The notes under the pieces were generated by a model. The model searched no databases and was not told the DNA's origin. It worked only from the letters and a program-made list of their open reading frames with translations. A stretch of 38,131 nt of DNA from Bryobacteraceae bacterium. Its GTDB lineage: Bacteria > Acidobacteriota > Terriglobia > Bryobacterales > Bryobacteraceae. The DNA lies in assembly GCA_035634155.1 (NCBI GenBank), contig DASQDN010000318.1:1-38131 (forward strand), written 5' to 3'. Every line of letters begins with the position of its first letter. The stretch's first letter is position 1. The position numbers were made by a program, and so were the translations under genes. This document shows, in pieces, positions 1 to 11,983 of this stretch.

Positions 1-2471
<2,471 letters not shown>

Positions 2472-2485
2472 CTGGCTAAGAAGAA

Positions 2486-2521
2486 GTGGGCACGTCGAAC
2501 GATAATCATCGACGTGCCCAC
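2486..2521. terminator. Perfect 13-bp inverted repeat (GTGGGCACGTCGA / TCGACGTGCCCAC, 10-nt loop) between convergent genes; likely a bidirectional terminator hairpin
   Basis: Read directly from the sequence. It lies 15 nt after the TonB-receptor stop and 28 nt after the stop of the minus-strand small gene. There is no clear U-tract, so a factor-independent mechanism is not certain. Confidence 0.5.
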
Positions 2522-2548
2522 ACTTCCAACCACCACGCCGAAGGCGCT

Positions 2549-2950
2549 TTAATTCAGCTTCACCACATTCGGATCATCGTCATGCGCCAGGATCTCCCAC
2601 TCATCCCCTGGCCGCAATGCACGCGCCTGTGCCGCCTTTGTGGTGCCAACCGGGATGATCAAGCCCACGTGCTCCTGGCCGTCTGCGGGCGAACGATAGC
2701 GCACACGCACTCCAACGTGTCGAAGTATCCTCTGTCCGCCTGCCTGCGCTGCCACAATCAGACAATCCCCCGACTTCTCGATGGGCGTGCCCGAAACCCG
2801 GCACACCGGTTCAACCCTCACAACCTGTGCAACGACTTCTGTGTAGTTCAAAGCATTGCCGATCGATGTGACAGTCCACACGACCATCCCGACAACCACC
2901 ACGAGCAAAAAGCCAATATGTCGTCCAGCCTGAAACGCGCCCAAACGCAA
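2549..2950 (-). CDS. Small membrane-anchored protein of unknown function (single N-terminal TM helix; DUF3592-like layout is a guess)
   Basis: 133-aa ORF with the hydrophobic helix IGFLLVVVVGMVVWTV followed by a beta-rich soluble part. It is co-directional with and 98 nt downstream of the protease gene. The overlapping plus-strand ORF (2486-2968) is H/C/R-rich and starts inside the hairpin. Confidence 0.5.
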   Translation of the reverse strand: MRLGAFQAGRHIGFLLVVVVGMVVWTVTSIGNALNYTEVVAQVVRVEPVCRVSGTPIEKSGDCLIVAAQAGGQRILRHVGVRVRYRSPADGQEHVGLIIPVGTTKAAQARALRPGDEWEILAHDDDPNVVKLN

Positions 2951-3048
2951 CCTCCGGTATGTAACTAGGCCCCCACTACTTATCGGCTGAACAATCGCAG
3001 AGGCTTTATGGGTCGCGTTACTACGAAGGTGGGCCCTGCCGCGCGGCT

Positions 3049-5322
3049 CTACTCAATCCGTGCGGAAATGGTGTAGCGAGCCGTTTCCCCGCTGTAATTG
3101 TAAACGCCGAAGAAGTAAGAGCCGGCCGGCAGCGTCCCTTCGTTATTCGCGGTAATCCGCAGATCTTCGCGAGAGAATACAGTGTCCGATACCAGGTCAC
3201 CTTCGGGGTAACCCGTCCCGGTGACCCTCACGGGTTTGCCGAGCCGGAAGTACAGGTCGACATCCTGGTCGCCCTGAAGAGTTACTGATACGGCACGCGC
3301 CCCCTCGGGAACCTGCACCACAAATTGCCGTGAAGAGAGGAACGGACCCGACGGCGCCGAACCGTCTTCTGTCGAGCCGTTCTCCAGCAGAGTTAGCGAC
3401 GGTGTGGGACCGGGCTCACCGCCTTCTACCTCGGCTGTGATGGTGTAGTTCGCCCGCCGGCCGTCGGCATTCACGACAACTACGTAGTAGGAGCCGGCCT
3501 GCAACTCGGGCCGATTCCGGATGGAGAGGAAGCCACTGGTCGCCGGAGCCGTGTCAGACACCTGCTCGGCCACGATGTATCCATCCTCGACGGTGATTGG
3601 CACACGATAACGAATGTAAAACCGCACGCTCGCGTCAGCCGTGACACGGATCAGGAGCTTCGAGGCCTGGTTGGGAACATCCACGCGATACTGTTGAGCC
3701 GCAACCATAAGGCCGCCAGGTTTGGCTGCCTGAATGGAGCCGTCAGCCCTTTGCCCCGATTCGAGTGTCTTTGCGCGGGCAGCCGTCTCCGCAGCAGGGA
3801 TGAACAGTCCGCGGCGCTCCATTGTAGCGGCGACGATCTCGGCGGCACGGCTGCCATACAACTCGTCCGCTGCCAGGATTGCGGCTTCGGCGGCATCGAA
3901 GAACTCGGCATCGGGCGAGAGCATGGCGATTGCGTGGATGGCGATCTCGTCTGCGATCGGGCCGCCCACCTGCTCGCGAATCTCCCACAGGGCGCCGCTC
4001 CAGATATTGCCGTCGGCGTGCACCTGGCCCACAACGTTGTAGGGCCACCGGTTTTGGTTATCCGTCCGCCGAACGAAGCTTGTCCGCGCGTTGAAGATTT
4101 TAGCCGCGTACTCGCCCAAAATCGGGTCGTCGAGGAAGCTGCTGGAGAAGTAGTCGGCCGACCCTTCGTTTAGCGCCTTGAACGTGGCTGACTGGTAGGG
4201 TCCCACCAGTTCGCTGACAACTGCGTGAGCGTACTCGTGAAAGATGACGTCGATGTCGAGTGAAGTATCGCCCTGGCCGCTGGTGAGGTAGAAGAACATG
4301 CCTGGCTCCTCGCCGAAAGCAAACGGCGTATAGAAGGCGTTGTTAGATCCAACGAACCGCTTGTTCTCCTCGTCGTAATCCTGGTACAGCACAGTGCCGC
4401 GCAGGGGTGAATCGAATCCCCAGAAGCCAAGCCTTTGGAAGTGCGAACTCGCCGTTTCCATCCCATAGTAAAGTTGGACCTCCGAGAAGCGTGCGTCGTC
4501 GGGAGCGTAGAGAAAGTGTCCGTCCCTGCGAGTGGCTCCTTGCACAACGGTGCCAGGCGCAACTTGACCGCGGAGCGCCGGGAAGTAAGTGAATACTTGG
4601 GTTTGTGCGCTGGTCAATGCCGTGTCGGAAGCCAGGTTTTCCAGCGCGACACGTTCTACACCGCTCTTCATCGGGTTCTTCGGATATGCGTGTCCCAGCA
4701 CTTGAACGCCGCTCCGCAGATCTTCTTTCGATAAGACAGTGCCGTCCTGAGCGGAAATAATCACAGACCAGTCGCCCGCTGGATTCCCACATCGGAAGAG
4801 TACTTGATAAGCAGGCAGAGCGGCTCCACCGCGGACAAAGAAGATACGTTGCACTTGGGGCTCGGCATTTGGAACCATCCCTTCAGTCGCCCGTGCAATG
4901 GCTTCGCCGTCGCTCAACACCCATTCGCCTTTTGCCTTCAAACGGGCATCCACTCGCGACTGCACGGCATGTACCTCGTTCTCAGCCGATACTTGAACAA
5001 CAACCTGCGCGCCTCTCACCGGAATGCCTTCGAGCTGCTGCTGAAACCGCACATAGGTTCGCGACCCGAGCTTCTTCGTCTCGACAAGCTTCAGAGGAAC
5101 GTCCGCGTTGCCCCTCTCCGCCAGGAACGCGCGAGCCGCTTCCTGTTTTGTGCCGCCATAACGCTTAGTGGAAAGCGCCTGCTTCTTTCGTACGCTGAGC
5201 TTCGGGGTAGCGCCGCTCTCAAGAGTGGCAGCTTCCCGCTGTGCCGGGCCCAGCGGCGACTGCGCGAAAGCAAGCGCTGTAAACCCTGCCATCAAGGCCA
5301 TGATTCGGAGTCTGTTCTTCAT
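3049..5322 (-). CDS. Secreted Zn-metalloprotease, gluzincin of M4/M36 (thermolysin/fungalysin-like) type, with two C-terminal PPC-like beta-sandwich repeats
   Basis: Sec signal peptide MKNRLRIMALMAGFTALAFAQSP. HExxH motif in VIFHEYAHAVVSEL with a downstream third ligand in LNEGSADYF. There are two ~100-aa internal repeats at the C-terminus (...YRVDVPNQASKLLIRVTADASVRFYIRY...GSYYVVVVNADGRRANYTITAEV and ...FVVQVPEGARAVSVTLQGDQDVDLYFRL...GSYFFGVYNYSGETARYTISARI). Confidence 0.8.
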   Translation of the reverse strand: MKNRLRIMALMAGFTALAFAQSPLGPAQREAATLESGATPKLSVRKKQALSTKRYGGTKQEAARAFLAERGNADVPLKLVETKKLGSRTYVRFQQQLEGIPVRGAQVVVQVSAENEVHAVQSRVDARLKAKGEWVLSDGEAIARATEGMVPNAEPQVQRIFFVRGGAALPAYQVLFRCGNPAGDWSVIISAQDGTVLSKEDLRSGVQVLGHAYPKNPMKSGVERVALENLASDTALTSAQTQVFTYFPALRGQVAPGTVVQGATRRDGHFLYAPDDARFSEVQLYYGMETASSHFQRLGFWGFDSPLRGTVLYQDYDEENKRFVGSNNAFYTPFAFGEEPGMFFYLTSGQGDTSLDIDVIFHEYAHAVVSELVGPYQSATFKALNEGSADYFSSSFLDDPILGEYAAKIFNARTSFVRRTDNQNRWPYNVVGQVHADGNIWSGALWEIREQVGGPIADEIAIHAIAMLSPDAEFFDAAEAAILAADELYGSRAAEIVAATMERRGLFIPAAETAARAKTLESGQRADGSIQAAKPGGLMVAAQQYRVDVPNQASKLLIRVTADASVRFYIRYRVPITVEDGYIVAEQVSDTAPATSGFLSIRNRPELQAGSYYVVVVNADGRRANYTITAEVEGGEPGPTPSLTLLENGSTEDGSAPSGPFLSSRQFVVQVPEGARAVSVTLQGDQDVDLYFRLGKPVRVTGTGYPEGDLVSDTVFSREDLRITANNEGTLPAGSYFFGVYNYSGETARYTISARIE

Positions 5323-5462
5323 GCGTTATGTCGTCCTCTACACAACGCGCAACGCAGAGGAAAAATGGACAGATCGGCCGGCAACGAAATATAGATCTAC
5401 CGTGCACGCCGTCCCCCGGCTTGGAGCCGGGAGCTTGTCTGAAAATTAATGTTCGGTGAGTC

Positions 5463-5927
5463 TTACTTCAGAATGGAGAGAATCTCTTGCAACTCGCGTC
5501 GGATGGCGGAAAGGTCCGGCCCCGGCGCTCCAAACAACGAAGCCTGCGCGGGAGGAGCCGCGGCAACCTTCGGCCCGCGCTTGGAGGAAGCAGCCGCCGC
5601 AGGTTTGGCTCGCCCTTCTATCGCCTTCCGAGCTCCTTCAATCGTGAAGCGCTTCTCATAAAGCAAGTGCTTGATCTCGAGAATCAGCTCCACATCTTTG
5701 CGACGGTAAAGACGCTGGCCCGTGCCGCTCTTCTTCGGCGAGATCGCCGGAAACTCCGTCTCCCAATACCGCAGGACATACGCCTTCACCCCGGCCAACC
5801 GGCTGACATCCCCGATACGAAAGTACAGCTTGTCAGGGATTTCCTGCTTCACCGGCGCGTCAACGGCAATGGGCGTTGGAGACTGCACGCTACACGCATG
5901 GTACGGCGTTTCGCCGGCCCCGTGCAA
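5463..5927 (-). CDS. MerR-family transcriptional regulator
   Basis: Winged-HTH signature [70 protein letters not shown]. The start is uncertain: the track start at 5927 is a TTG, and GTG alternatives lie at 5888 and 5852. It sits 3 nt downstream of the preceding gene. Confidence 0.8.
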   Translation of the reverse strand: MHGAGETPYHACSVQSPTPIAVDAPVKQEIPDKLYFRIGDVSRLAGVKAYVLRYWETEFPAISPKKSGTGQRLYRRKDVELILEIKHLLYEKRFTIEGARKAIEGRAKPAAAASSKRGPKVAAAPPAQASLFGAPGPDLSAIRRELQEILSILK

Positions 5928-5930
5928 CCG

Positions 5931-6467
5931 CTATAGCCCGCCCGCCTCGATCCCGGCAAAGATGCGGTTCAGCTCCTGCAATCGGCCCGAGTACTTGCGA
6001 TGGACCGAATGATAATCCGGTGTCTTCCACAATCGTGTCTGCGCGCGATGGAAATTATCGTAGTCCGGGTGCTGCCGCAGCGTGTCGCTCAACCTGCGAA
6101 CCAACGCGTCCTGCTTGCGATACATGGCGCTGGCGGACGCCATCTTTCCCAGTTCCGCATCGCTCAACGGAATAGACGCAAGTTGCCACATCCCGCCCTG
6201 CAACAGTCGAGGATTGTGCTTGCTTACATACTCGAACTGCAATGCGCGCCGCTGCAACTCGGCCAGCTTCAATTCGAGATCGATCGCCGCTGCATCGGCG
6301 CAATCCGGACACTGCTCCACCAGCAGCGCATGGCGGTCCCGAATCCACGCCTCCTCAACGGCCTCATACGCGCGCCACGCCGACCGGTCCAGCGCTGAGC
6401 AATACAGCGCGGTGCCGCTCCCAATCCCAAGCATTACTGTAATCGCGCTGCGGCGTGTCGGTTGCAT
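5931..6467 (-). CDS. Hypothetical protein with N-terminal hydrophobic anchor/signal; mostly helical; unknown function
   Basis: 178-aa ORF starting MQPTRRSAITVMLGIGSGTALYCS, with no motif I recognise. It appears real because the plus-strand ORF overlapping it is only an artefactual extension of rlmB, and because it is tightly linked (3 nt) to the MerR gene. Confidence 0.55.
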   Translation of the reverse strand: MQPTRRSAITVMLGIGSGTALYCSALDRSAWRAYEAVEEAWIRDRHALLVEQCPDCADAAAIDLELKLAELQRRALQFEYVSKHNPRLLQGGMWQLASIPLSDAELGKMASASAMYRKQDALVRRLSDTLRQHPDYDNFHRAQTRLWKTPDYHSVHRKYSGRLQELNRIFAGIEAGGL

Positions 6468-6537
6468 ATCTGTAACTTCGTCCCTGTATATACACGCGGC
6501 AGATGGGACTGATTTCGATCACGGTACCATCGAGTTC

Positions 6538-7257
6538 GTGAGTGTTTTAGTTGGGGTTCACCCTGTGCGCGAGGCACTGAAATCGGGCCGCGCCATCGAT
6601 AAAGTTCTCATCGCCCGAGGCGCCGGCGGTACACGTATCCAGGAAATCGTGGAGCTCTGCCGTATGCGCAAGATCCCGGTTCGCTTCGAGGACCGATCCA
6701 CGCTGGAGCGCGCCGCAGCCGGACAAGCCCATCAAGGTGTCCTCGCGTACGGAGCCGCCAGCAAGTACGCCGACCTAGATGACGTCGTCAAAGGCGCCAA
6801 ACTCTTAGTCGTCCTCGACGGAGTAGAAGACCCGCACAACTTAGGGGCCGTAGTCCGCACCGCGAATGCAGCGGGAGCATCCGCCGTTCTCGTGCCCGAG
6901 CGCCGCGCCGCGGGACTCACGGAAGTAGTCGCCAAGTCCGCAGCCGGCGCCCTCGAATACGTGCCCGTCGTACGAGTCGGCAACATCAACCGAACCCTCG
7001 AAGAGTTGAAGAAGTCCGGCTTCTGGATCTACGGACTTGATGAGCGCGGAACCGAATCCTATGACTCGGTCGCCTTCGCCGCGCCGAGCGTTATCGTCCT
7101 GGGCGGTGAAGGCAAAGGGCTCCATCAACTCGTGCGCGAAAACTGCGATGTTCTCGTCCGTATCCCCATGGCCGGAACCATCCCATCGCTGAACGTTTCC
7201 GTTGCTGCAGGGATCGTTCTCTTCGAATGGAAGCGGCGCATGACGGCAGATACATGA
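6538..7257 (+). CDS. rlmB: 23S rRNA (guanosine-2'-O-)-methyltransferase, SpoU/TrmH family (RlmB)
   Basis: GVHPVREALKSGRAIDKVLIARG..., LDGVEDPHNLGAVVRTANAAGASAVLVPERR, VLGGEGKGL..., IPMAGTIPSLNVSVAAGIVLFE. The start is placed at GTG 6538 because the upstream part of the 391-aa ORF overlaps the divergent gene and carries no homology. Confidence 0.85.
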   Translation: MSVLVGVHPVREALKSGRAIDKVLIARGAGGTRIQEIVELCRMRKIPVRFEDRSTLERAAAGQAHQGVLAYGAASKYADLDDVVKGAKLLVVLDGVEDPHNLGAVVRTANAAGASAVLVPERRAAGLTEVVAKSAAGALEYVPVVRVGNINRTLEELKKSGFWIYGLDERGTESYDSVAFAAPSVIVLGGEGKGLHQLVRENCDVLVRIPMAGTIPSLNVSVAAGIVLFEWKRRMTADT

Positions 7258-7273
7258 CGTTAGATAATGGATC

Positions 7274-8893
7274 GTGACCCGCGTTCTGGCCGCTCTGCTT
7301 GCAGTTTCCTGCCTCGCAGATTACGCCTGGGCGCATCAACCCGTGCGCGGCCGGCACGGCATGGTGGTTGCCGAAGAGCCGATCGCCGCTAAAACCGGAG
7401 TCGCCGTCCTCAAGGCCGGCGGCAATGCGATAGACGCCGCCATTGCGGTCGCATTCACACTTGCGGTCACATATCCCAGCGCCGGCAATATTGGTGGAGG
7501 AGGGTTCCTCCTCGCGCGCTTCCCCGACGGCCGCACAACCTTCATCGACTTCCGCGAGAAAGCTCCGCAAGCCGCAACGCGAGACATGTATCTCGACGCG
7601 CAAGGAAAGCCTACCCGCGACAGCATCCAAGGCTGGCGAGCCTCGGCCGTGCCCGGCACAGTCCGCGGCCTTGCGCTTGCCCATCGCAAATACGGACGCA
7701 AGCGTTGGAGCCGGCTCCTCGCGCCCGCCATTCAACTCGCCCGCACAGGCTTCCCGGTGCCGTATAGCCTGGCCGAATCGCTTGCCTCCGCCCAAACCTC
7801 TTTCGCCAAAGGCATCGAAACCGGCGACAAGCTCATCCAGCGCGACCTCGCGCGAACCCTCGCCCGCATCGCCCGCAAACCCGATGACTTCTACACCGGC
7901 GTCACGGCTCGTCAACTCGCAGCCTCAATGGCGAAAAACGGCGGCCTTATCACGCCAGCCGATCTCAAAGCGTATCGGCCGGTGGAGCGAACGCCGCTCA
8001 CCGGCTCCTACAAGGGCTTCGGCATCCTCACCGCGCCCCCTCCGAGTTCCGGGGGCGTCGGCATCCTGCAGATGCTCGGCGTACTCGAAGGTTCCGGCTA
8101 CGAAAAGGAAGGCTGGAACTCCGCGGCCACTATCCACTACGTCGCCGAAACCATGCGCCGCTTCTACGCCGATCGCAGCGAATACATCGGCGACCCCGAT
8201 TTCAGCAAGATCCCTGTCAAAGCACTAATCCATCCTGAGTACGTGCGGAAGCTCCGGTCCACCATCGACCCGAACAAAGTAAGCACAATCACTCCTGGTG
8301 TTATCGGCCCGTACGAAAGCACGGAAACCACGCACTTCTCCATCGTCGACAACAAAGGCACGGCGGTCGCAGTCACCTACACGCTTAATGGCAGCTATGG
8401 CAGCGGTGTTGTCGCGCCGGGGCTTGGCTTCCTCCTCAACAACGAGATGGATGACTTCGCCGCGCGGCCCGGATCGCCCAACATGTTTGGCCTCGTGCAA
8501 GGCGAGCGCAACGCGATCCAACCCGGCAAACGCCCGCTATCCTCGATGACGCCGACGATCCTCACGCGCAATGGCAAGCTGTACATGGTGCTCGGCAGTC
8601 CTGGTGGCGGCCGCATCATCACTGCCGTGCTGCAAACGATACTCAACGTTGTGGACTTTGGCATGAACGTTCAGGACGCCATCGACGCCCCGCGCTTCCA
8701 TCACCAGTGGATGCCCGATCACCTCACGCTGGAACGCGGCTTCTCGCCCGATACCACGCGCCTGCTCGAACGGCGCGGTCACAAGCTCAACGCCATCGCC
8801 GGTGTGGGCCGCGTGTCCGCTATCGTGGTGGATGGCGGCTGGCTGCAAGGTGGCGCGGACGGCCGCGGCTACGGCAAGGCCGAAGGATTCTAA
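7274..8893 (+). CDS. ggt: Gamma-glutamyltranspeptidase
   Basis: Signal peptide MTRVLAALLAVSCLADYAWA. Autoprocessing/nucleophile region YESTETTHFSIVDNKGTAVAVTYTLNGSYGSGVVAPGLGFLLNNEMDDF, and later PLSSMTPTIL...LGSPGGGRIITAVLQ. Confidence 0.93.
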   Translation: MTRVLAALLAVSCLADYAWAHQPVRGRHGMVVAEEPIAAKTGVAVLKAGGNAIDAAIAVAFTLAVTYPSAGNIGGGGFLLARFPDGRTTFIDFREKAPQAATRDMYLDAQGKPTRDSIQGWRASAVPGTVRGLALAHRKYGRKRWSRLLAPAIQLARTGFPVPYSLAESLASAQTSFAKGIETGDKLIQRDLARTLARIARKPDDFYTGVTARQLAASMAKNGGLITPADLKAYRPVERTPLTGSYKGFGILTAPPPSSGGVGILQMLGVLEGSGYEKEGWNSAATIHYVAETMRRFYADRSEYIGDPDFSKIPVKALIHPEYVRKLRSTIDPNKVSTITPGVIGPYESTETTHFSIVDNKGTAVAVTYTLNGSYGSGVVAPGLGFLLNNEMDDFAARPGSPNMFGLVQGERNAIQPGKRPLSSMTPTILTRNGKLYMVLGSPGGGRIITAVLQTILNVVDFGMNVQDAIDAPRFHHQWMPDHLTLERGFSPDTTRLLERRGHKLNAIAGVGRVSAIVVDGGWLQGGADGRGYGKAEGF

Positions 8894-8903
8894 GAACATT
8901 TCC

Positions 8904-9752
8904 ATGAAGCACGCTATTTCTACGCACCTGTTGGTGAACCACCGTCTGACCTCGATTTGGCTCGACCGCATTTGGGATGCCGGAGTCCCCGCCGTGGAGA
9001 TCTTCTGCGCCAAGCAACACCTGGACTGGCGTGACCGCGGCCAGGTAGCCGAGATCGGCCACTGGTTTCGCGATGCGCCATTGAAGCTTCATTCGCTGCA
9101 CTCGCCCATGTACAACGACGACGTATGGGGCCGCTCCGGACCGCAAGCAGGGCTGCATATCACCGAGCCCATCAAGGCCAAGCGCATCGCTATCGTCGAT
9201 GAAATTAAGCGGGTGCTCGAGATCGCCGAAACCGTCCCGTTCCGCTACCTTATCCAACACCTCGGCGCGCCCAACGAAGAGTACGACGAGCGCAAGGCCG
9301 ATGCCGCCTTCAACTCGCTCGAAGAGTTGACCATCTTCGCGCGCCAGCGTGGCGTCGAACTGCTGCTGGAGAACATCCCGAACGGCTTCTCCTCGGCCGC
9401 GCGCCTGAAGATGTTCCTTGAGATGACGCACCTCGACCTCAACTTCTGCTTCGACACCGGTCACGCGCACATCATGGAGGACGTCGAATCCGAGTTCGCC
9501 AGCATGAAGACGCGCATCCGGTCCACGCACGTCCACGACAACGACGGCAAGGAAGACAAGCACCTCTTTCCATACATCTCCGAAGGCGGCACCATCGATT
9601 GGCCGCAACTCATCCGTCAGCTCGCCAGTCGGCCCGAGCAGTATCCGCTCTTGCTCGAACTGAAAGAGCAGCCCGGCATGGAGCATCCGCTGCAAGCTGT
9701 CAAGCAGGTCTTCGAACGCTTGGACTCCCTCATGGCGGAGCCCGTACGATGA
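8904..9752 (+). CDS. Sugar phosphate isomerase/epimerase (xylose-isomerase-like TIM barrel) family protein
   Basis: Start taken at ATG 8904 ([10 protein letters not shown]...), 11 nt after the ggt stop. Typical family pattern ...LKLHSLHSP..., RYLIQHLG..., ELLLENIPN..., FDTGHAH.... The stop overlaps the asnS start (ATGA). Confidence 0.7.
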   Translation: MKHAISTHLLVNHRLTSIWLDRIWDAGVPAVEIFCAKQHLDWRDRGQVAEIGHWFRDAPLKLHSLHSPMYNDDVWGRSGPQAGLHITEPIKAKRIAIVDEIKRVLEIAETVPFRYLIQHLGAPNEEYDERKADAAFNSLEELTIFARQRGVELLLENIPNGFSSAARLKMFLEMTHLDLNFCFDTGHAHIMEDVESEFASMKTRIRSTHVHDNDGKEDKHLFPYISEGGTIDWPQLIRQLASRPEQYPLLLELKEQPGMEHPLQAVKQVFERLDSLMAEPVR

Positions 9753-11062
9753 GCACAGCCACACGCATCCGCATCTCCGACGCCGGCGAGCACGTCGGCC
9801 AAGAAGTGCAACTCGCCGGATGGCTATACAACCTGCGCAAGTCCGGCAAAATCGTCTTCCCCCAGCTGCGCGACGGCACCGGCATCATGCAATGTGTCGG
9901 CGTCAAGAGCGAACTGCCCGAAGATGTCTTTGAAACGCTGAAGCACCTGACGCAGGAAAGCTCCCTGATGCTGACGGGCAAGCTGCGAGCCGAGCAGCGC
10001 GCGCCGGGCGGCTACGAGCTCGATATCACCGGCGTGCATGTATTGCAGCGCGTTGACGAGAACGATCCTTACCCGATCACGCCCAAGGAACACGGCGTCG
10101 ACTTCCTCATGGACCGGCGCCATCTGTGGCTGCGTAGCAAGCGCCAGCACGCCATCATCCGCGTCCGCCACGAAGTGATCCGCGCCATCCGCGACTACTT
10201 CGACGACAACGGCTTCATCCTTGTCGACACGCCGATCTTCACGCCCGCCGCTTGCGAAGGCACCACCACGCTGTTCGAGGTCGACTACTTCGAAGACGAG
10301 AAGGTCTACCTCACGCAATCGGGCCAGCTTTACAACGAGGCAAACGCGATGGCCTTCGGCAAGGTGTACGCCTTCGGCCCCACGTTCCGCGCCGAGAAAT
10401 CCAAGACCCGCCGCCACTTGACCGAGTTCTGGATGGTCGAACCCGAGATGGCCTTCGCCGATCTCGAAGAGGTCAAGCGCGTCGCCGAAGACATGGTCTC
10501 CTATGTCGTCGGTCGCGTGCTCGACAAGCGCAAGGCCGAACTGCAAGCCCTGGAGCGCGACACCTCCAAGCTCGAGAAGGTAAAGGCTCCGTTCCCGCGC
10601 ATGTCGTACGACGACGCGGTGAAGAAGCTTCAAGGTAAGGGCAGCGAAATCCAATGGGGCGGCGACTTCGGCAACACCGACGAGACGCTCCTCACCGACG
10701 ATCAGGATATCCCCGTGATGGTCGATCGCTACCCTGCTGAGATCAAGGCCTTCTACTTCGAGACCGACGCTGATCGCCCCGAGCTCGCATTGGGCGTCGA
10801 CGTAATCGCACCCGAAGGCTACGGCGAGATCATCGGCGGAGGCCAGCGCGTGCACGATTACAAAATCCTCGTCCAGCGGCTCAAAGAACACAACCTGCCG
10901 CCCGAAGCGTTCGAGTGGTATCTCGACCTGCGCAAGTTCGGCGCAGTGCCGCACGCGGGCTTCGGCATGGGCGTCGAGCGCTGCGTCGCCTGGATCTGCG
11001 GCCTGGAGCACGTGCGCGAAACCATCCCCTATCCCCGAATGCTGTATCGCACGAGGCCATAG
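9749..11062 (+). CDS. asnS: Asparagine--tRNA ligase
   Basis: Class IIb motifs [53 protein letters not shown] and [40 protein letters not shown] align closely with the E. coli AsnRS pattern. ATG 9749 overlaps the upstream stop. Confidence 0.92.
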   Translation: MSTATRIRISDAGEHVGQEVQLAGWLYNLRKSGKIVFPQLRDGTGIMQCVGVKSELPEDVFETLKHLTQESSLMLTGKLRAEQRAPGGYELDITGVHVLQRVDENDPYPITPKEHGVDFLMDRRHLWLRSKRQHAIIRVRHEVIRAIRDYFDDNGFILVDTPIFTPAACEGTTTLFEVDYFEDEKVYLTQSGQLYNEANAMAFGKVYAFGPTFRAEKSKTRRHLTEFWMVEPEMAFADLEEVKRVAEDMVSYVVGRVLDKRKAELQALERDTSKLEKVKAPFPRMSYDDAVKKLQGKGSEIQWGGDFGNTDETLLTDDQDIPVMVDRYPAEIKAFYFETDADRPELALGVDVIAPEGYGEIIGGGQRVHDYKILVQRLKEHNLPPEAFEWYLDLRKFGAVPHAGFGMGVERCVAWICGLEHVRETIPYPRMLYRTRP

Positions 11063-11068
11063 GCGCGT

Positions 11069-11983
11069 ATGCGGCATAGCTGCATCGCTATCATCGGAGC
11101 ACCGATGGACTTGGGCGCCGGACGCCGGGGCGTTGATATGGGCCCGTCGGCACTGCGCCTCGCCGGCCTCGACGCGCGGCTGGTGTCGCTCGGCTACGAA
11201 GTCCACGACCTTGGCAACGTCACCGTCGCGCAGCCCGAAGCCACACCCGAAGGGCCTGAGCGCGCCAAGTTCCTGCCGCAGATCGCCCAGACCTGCAAGC
11301 GGCTCGCCGACATGGTGTGCCAAGCTGTGAACGACGGCAAACTGCCGCTAGTGCTCGGTGGCGATCACTCGGTTGCAGTCGGCACCGTGACCGGCATCGC
11401 GAACGCTAACCGGCAGCGCGGCGAGAAAATCGGCCTCATCTGGATCGACGCCCATGCCGACATGAACACGCCTGAAACATCCCCGAGCGGGAATGTTCAC
11501 GGCATGCCGCTCGCCTGCTGCATCGGACGCGGACCCGTGGAGATGACGCACCTGTTCGACTTCGCGCCCAAAGTCGACCCGACCAACGTGGCCATCGTCG
11601 GACTCCGCGACGTCGACCGCACCGAAGTCCAGAACGTGCGCGAGAACGGAGTCGCGGCGTTCACCATGCGCGAGATCGACGAACGCGGACTGCGCGCCGT
11701 GATGCTCGAAGCCATTGAGGTTGCAAGCCGCGACACCGCCGGCTTTCACGTGTCCTTCGACATGGACGCCGTCGATCCGCGCGAAGCGCCCGGCGTCGGC
11801 ACGCCTGTGCGCGGCGGCCTGACTTATCGCGAGGCGCACCTTGCCATGGAAGTGCTCTGCGACTGCGCCAACCTCGTCGGCATGGAAGTAGTGGAAGTCA
11901 ATCCCGTGCTCGACATCTCCAATCAAACGGCGATGTTGGGTGTGGAACTCGTGCTATCGGCACTGGGGAAGAGAATCCTTTGA
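11069..11983 (+). CDS. rocF: Arginase
   Basis: IIGAPMDLGAGRRGVDMGPSALR, LVLGGDHSVAVGT, IWIDAHADMNTPETSPSGNVHGMPLA, SFDMDAVDPREAPGVGTPVRGGLTYREAHLAME. This is near-colinear with Bacillus arginase as I recall it. Confidence 0.9.
   Translation: MRHSCIAIIGAPMDLGAGRRGVDMGPSALRLAGLDARLVSLGYEVHDLGNVTVAQPEATPEGPERAKFLPQIAQTCKRLADMVCQAVNDGKLPLVLGGDHSVAVGTVTGIANANRQRGEKIGLIWIDAHADMNTPETSPSGNVHGMPLACCIGRGPVEMTHLFDFAPKVDPTNVAIVGLRDVDRTEVQNVRENGVAAFTMREIDERGLRAVMLEAIEVASRDTAGFHVSFDMDAVDPREAPGVGTPVRGGLTYREAHLAMEVLCDCANLVGMEVVEVNPVLDISNQTAMLGVELVLSALGKRIL

Noticed and set aside
2486-2968. 160-aa plus-strand ORF overlapping the small minus-strand gene.
   Set aside because: It starts inside the terminator hairpin and has an H/C/R/N-rich composition. 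The minus-strand ORF has a clean TM helix and better codon bias.
5413-5432. 7-bp hairpin CCCGGCT-TGG-AGCCGGG downstream of the MerR gene.
   Set aside because: The stem is too short, the loop is only 3 nt and there is no U-tract, so I did not list it as a terminator.
6082-6537. 150-codon N-terminal extension of the rlmB ORF (the track ORF starts at 6082).
   Set aside because: It overlaps the divergent 178-aa gene, is Ser/Cys/Ala-rich and carries no SpoU similarity, which begins near 6550. GTG 6538 gives the normal ~240-aa length. The analogous extensions 8802-8903, 9599-9748, 18663-18707, 23440-23529 and 25619-25690 were trimmed for the same reason.
9824-11323. 499-aa minus-strand ORF, plus similar long antisense ORFs at 8820-9764, 12238-13134, 15038-16189, 17139-18455, 26549-28312, 30254-30820 and 35782-36456.
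   Set aside because: Each is exactly antisense to a gene with strong family motifs (asnS, isomerase, ddl/S41, ppiD, RidA-like, TonB receptor, GH39, permease). All have skewed R/A/G/H composition and lack recognisable domains.
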